From NCBI GenBank assembly GCA_002633005.1, contig NMRA01000355.1:135390-199389 (forward strand): DNA of 64,000 bases, in the 5' to 3' direction. Origin of the DNA: Phoronis australis. Lineage: Eukaryota; Animalia; Phoronida. The notes beneath the pieces are model-generated. The model searched no databases. It was not told the origin of the DNA and saw only the letters and a program-made list of their open reading frames with translations. The first letter of the stretch is position 1; each line of letters starts with the position of its first letter. The position numbers and the translations under genes were made by a program. This document shows positions 61,334 to 64,000 of this stretch, in pieces.

Positions 61334-63642
61334 TTCAATTGCAAAAATATATATTCAATAATATCAATTATTCTTGCAGATCAATGACAAATCAACTGGT
61401 AGTCCCGGTATTGCTTATCTCAACAGGACCTAGGCTATGCTTGAAGCTAAGAGGCCAACAAATTAAACCAGAGGTGACTAATTGCACATGACAGGAAAAT
61501 GCTATGAGCCACCACTGTCGAATATATCTTCAAATCGTCAACAATACGACCAGATGACCTGGTTCGTGTAGAAAGCATTTTTATCAAGAATTTATGAGAA
61601 GAAACGTAACTCTGCATTCAGCATTGATACCTAATCTGTAACACAACGATCGCCGCAATTTGGTCATTTTTACTTTTCATGATTCGAACCTAGTTTTCCG
61701 AAAAAAAAAATATATTCTTTCGTCAGACAACTCTTTGGTGCATTGACTTGTTCTTTAACTGTAGTTTTCTGCGTCTATGTGGTTAATCATTGACACATGT
61801 TTTAAGATTTAATATTCAGGTTGGACTCCAAAGACCGGCCATTTAACTCACGCAATGTAAATTGCCGCTTTGTTTATCGCAGTGAACCTCGCTTTGGATT
61901 TTAATGTCCGCCGCGTGAATTGGGTCTATACCCAGGCCGAATGACGTTTTGATACGCGAGAATGATTCAGTGTAAATTTCTCAAGAACAAATCTTGTGTC
62001 TCATGTTGGTTACATATTTAATAACTATATTTGCATGAAATAACAAGCGTTGAAACCCATTGTGAGGAAATAACATGAAAATCTGCGATTACTGGAGACT
62101 CTGCTAATTTAACGAACCAAAGTTCACGTGAAAATAAGAAAAAAGTTGTTTGCTCACCGAAATCGACAATTAGTGTGGTATGTCACACCCCGGCCCATAC
62201 CCCCTTCCCCAGAAATTACACCCTTGCACAATAGTGATATATACATGTACATGAATGGGTTCTAGATACGAACACTTTGTTTTAGCCCTTGAGAGGAATT
62301 GACTGTGCAAACAAAAAATCACCATTGTTGTAGAACACAGGGCGTGTGTAGATGGAGCCGATGCAATGCAGCTCACACTAGCTGACAAAAGGTGCTACTA
62401 TTATACGTCAAATTCCAACACCAAACTTTTAATTATACCAGCACTTTTATATTTTCACAAGCAAAACACGGCACAAACACAAACAATATTCAATTACTAA
62501 CTGACAAGGACTGACTTGCTGAAGTATAAAAATATCCATATCTTTTTGATTTAAATGTAACCCACCCTGAGGAAATCAGATAATACCGCCGATGTAAATT
62601 ACACTAATCCGACAACGTGTGGGATTAAAACGCTGTTTTTCTTCATAGCATCTTTGTACATTCTAGAGATATCACGCATTTTGACCTTAAAACAAAATAC
62701 GCATTTGCATGGCAAAAATAATTTCAATGTTACGAGATGTAAGGTTATTCTCGCCTTACGCAGTGTTTGTTATGACTCTCCAGGGATAGAATTCTTGCTC
62801 CACATCCGCCTGGAGTTACCAAACAAGCGTCCCTAAGTTCGCTACTTTGCACATGCGTATCAGAAACCGTGAATATGCCAATGCACACCCGAACAGGAAC
62901 AAGAAAATACGCCACGAGCAAATATGTTTCCAAAACGTTTCAGTCACAGAGCTTAACAATATCACACACAAGATTTGCTCGTCAGCATTTTGGAAATGAA
63001 AACTACTGTGTAGGCCTACACACGTTCACGTTTGTTGACAAGAATGCGACAGACATCAATAAAGACGACTGACATGTACGTGTAATAATTCATTACCTGG
63101 ACGTTATCTGTCACTTAGCTTTCATGTTGTGTCACTATACAATGGCTGCATCGATTCCGTGACGGAAACATTATCTGTTTGCATCAACACAACATATTCA
63201 TTTCATTGTTTGTATTTCCCTCACGACTGCAGTAGGATAGTCAACAATTCAACTGTCTCACATTTTAAACATCGCCACATTCCGGCAATGTCCGTTGTTC
63301 ACACATCAATGACCAAATTGTCATTTAAAGAACGCGTGCAGAATTAGACTACGCATGCTCCGAAGTCAGATTTTTTTCTCATTCTTCTAATCATCGTCCA
63401 TGTCGTGTCGAACAAATCTCATAGTCGACAAATTCGTCCGACGTCCGTGACCCACACGCCATACGCAAACACCTGCATCCTTTCTCGGGTGTCTGCAACT
63501 ATGAGGGTTATGAATAAGACGCTTCTCACCTTTGATTGTCCAAACAGTTCCATGGGTCTATCCGAAGGCCTAAAAGGAAACTGCCGGACAGTTTCATTTA
63601 ATTACACACATACGTGTAAAAAGACGCTGACAGAGACTCTGG

Positions 63643-63840
63643 TCAAAACACGGAGTCGAGCGAATCAGACTTCGTACAGTCGTAGTCCTCGTTTAAAGTC
63701 AACAATACTTCGTACACTTCCGCTATGCTAATTCTTTGCTTCGGTTGTCTTCGCCAACAACCCAACATCAGTTTATAAATCACTTCGGGGCAAAGCCGCG
63801 GACAATCCAGCAATTTGCCGCTCTGTATACACTGAATAAC
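63643..63840 (-). CDS. Trk: Last coding exon of a Trk/NTRK-like receptor tyrosine kinase (VIQCIQSGKLLDCPRLCPEVIYKLMLGCWRRQPKQRISIAEVYEVLLTLNEDYDCTKSDSLDSVF*)
   Basis: Acceptor CTGAT..TTTGTCTTTTAG|GTT. Kinase subdomains X-XI closely resemble the vertebrate TrkB terminal exon ([33 protein letters not shown]), with the same phase-0 boundary. RTK identity is strong; Trk versus Trk-like/ROR/MuSK is less certain. Confidence 0.8.
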   Translation of the reverse strand, partial: VIQCIQSGKLLDCPRLCPEVIYKLMLGCWRRQPKQRISIAEVYEVLLTLNEDYDCTKSDSLDSVF

Positions 63841-64000
63841 CTAAAAGACAAACAGGTAATCAGCAATCCATTACTCAAGGCGTCCAATACTTGTACACAC
63901 GGCAACCCCAAGGTCTCATGCTACATTTCTAGCAAGATTTTCTGCCTAGTCGTTTGTTCTATGTGGACCATGCTGAATGTGTGAAAGAACCTAAATATTC

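Noticed and set aside
63530-63569. 40-nt segment with good acceptor and donor sites
   Set aside because: It lies after the stop codon of the Trk-like exon, in the presumed 3'UTR, and encodes no recognisable peptide.

Overview
This is eukaryotic DNA from an AT-rich, TACATGTA-rich, transposon-dense genome, most likely a marine bilaterian invertebrate; it is not prokaryotic. All three host genes I can support are on the minus strand. (1) A complete 7-exon ammonium transporter (Amt/Mep family, resembling insect Amt and nematode amt-3) has its CDS at 55117->25855, which I assembled by hand as 1851 nt / 616 aa, with a ~24-kb first intron. (2) The first coding exon and core promoter of a tandem Amt paralog lie at 3465->3327; the rest of that gene is left of the window. 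(3) The last coding exon of a Trk/NTRK-like receptor tyrosine kinase lies at 63840->63643 and is absent from the ORF track. The rest is mostly decayed mobile DNA: two ~4.5-kb Academ-like DNA transposons, CR1-, Tx1/L1- and L2-type LINE fragments, a THAP remnant, many MITEs (including a CA..TG group with consistent 5-bp target duplications), several nested insertions, mini/microsatellites and two assembly gaps. I found no CRISPR array, rRNA or tRNA gene, and no clearly novel multi-gene system. The best leads are the spacing-conserved promoter module shared by the two Amt paralogs, the long Amt C-terminal tail, the Trk-like tail and the 5-bp-TSD MITE group.
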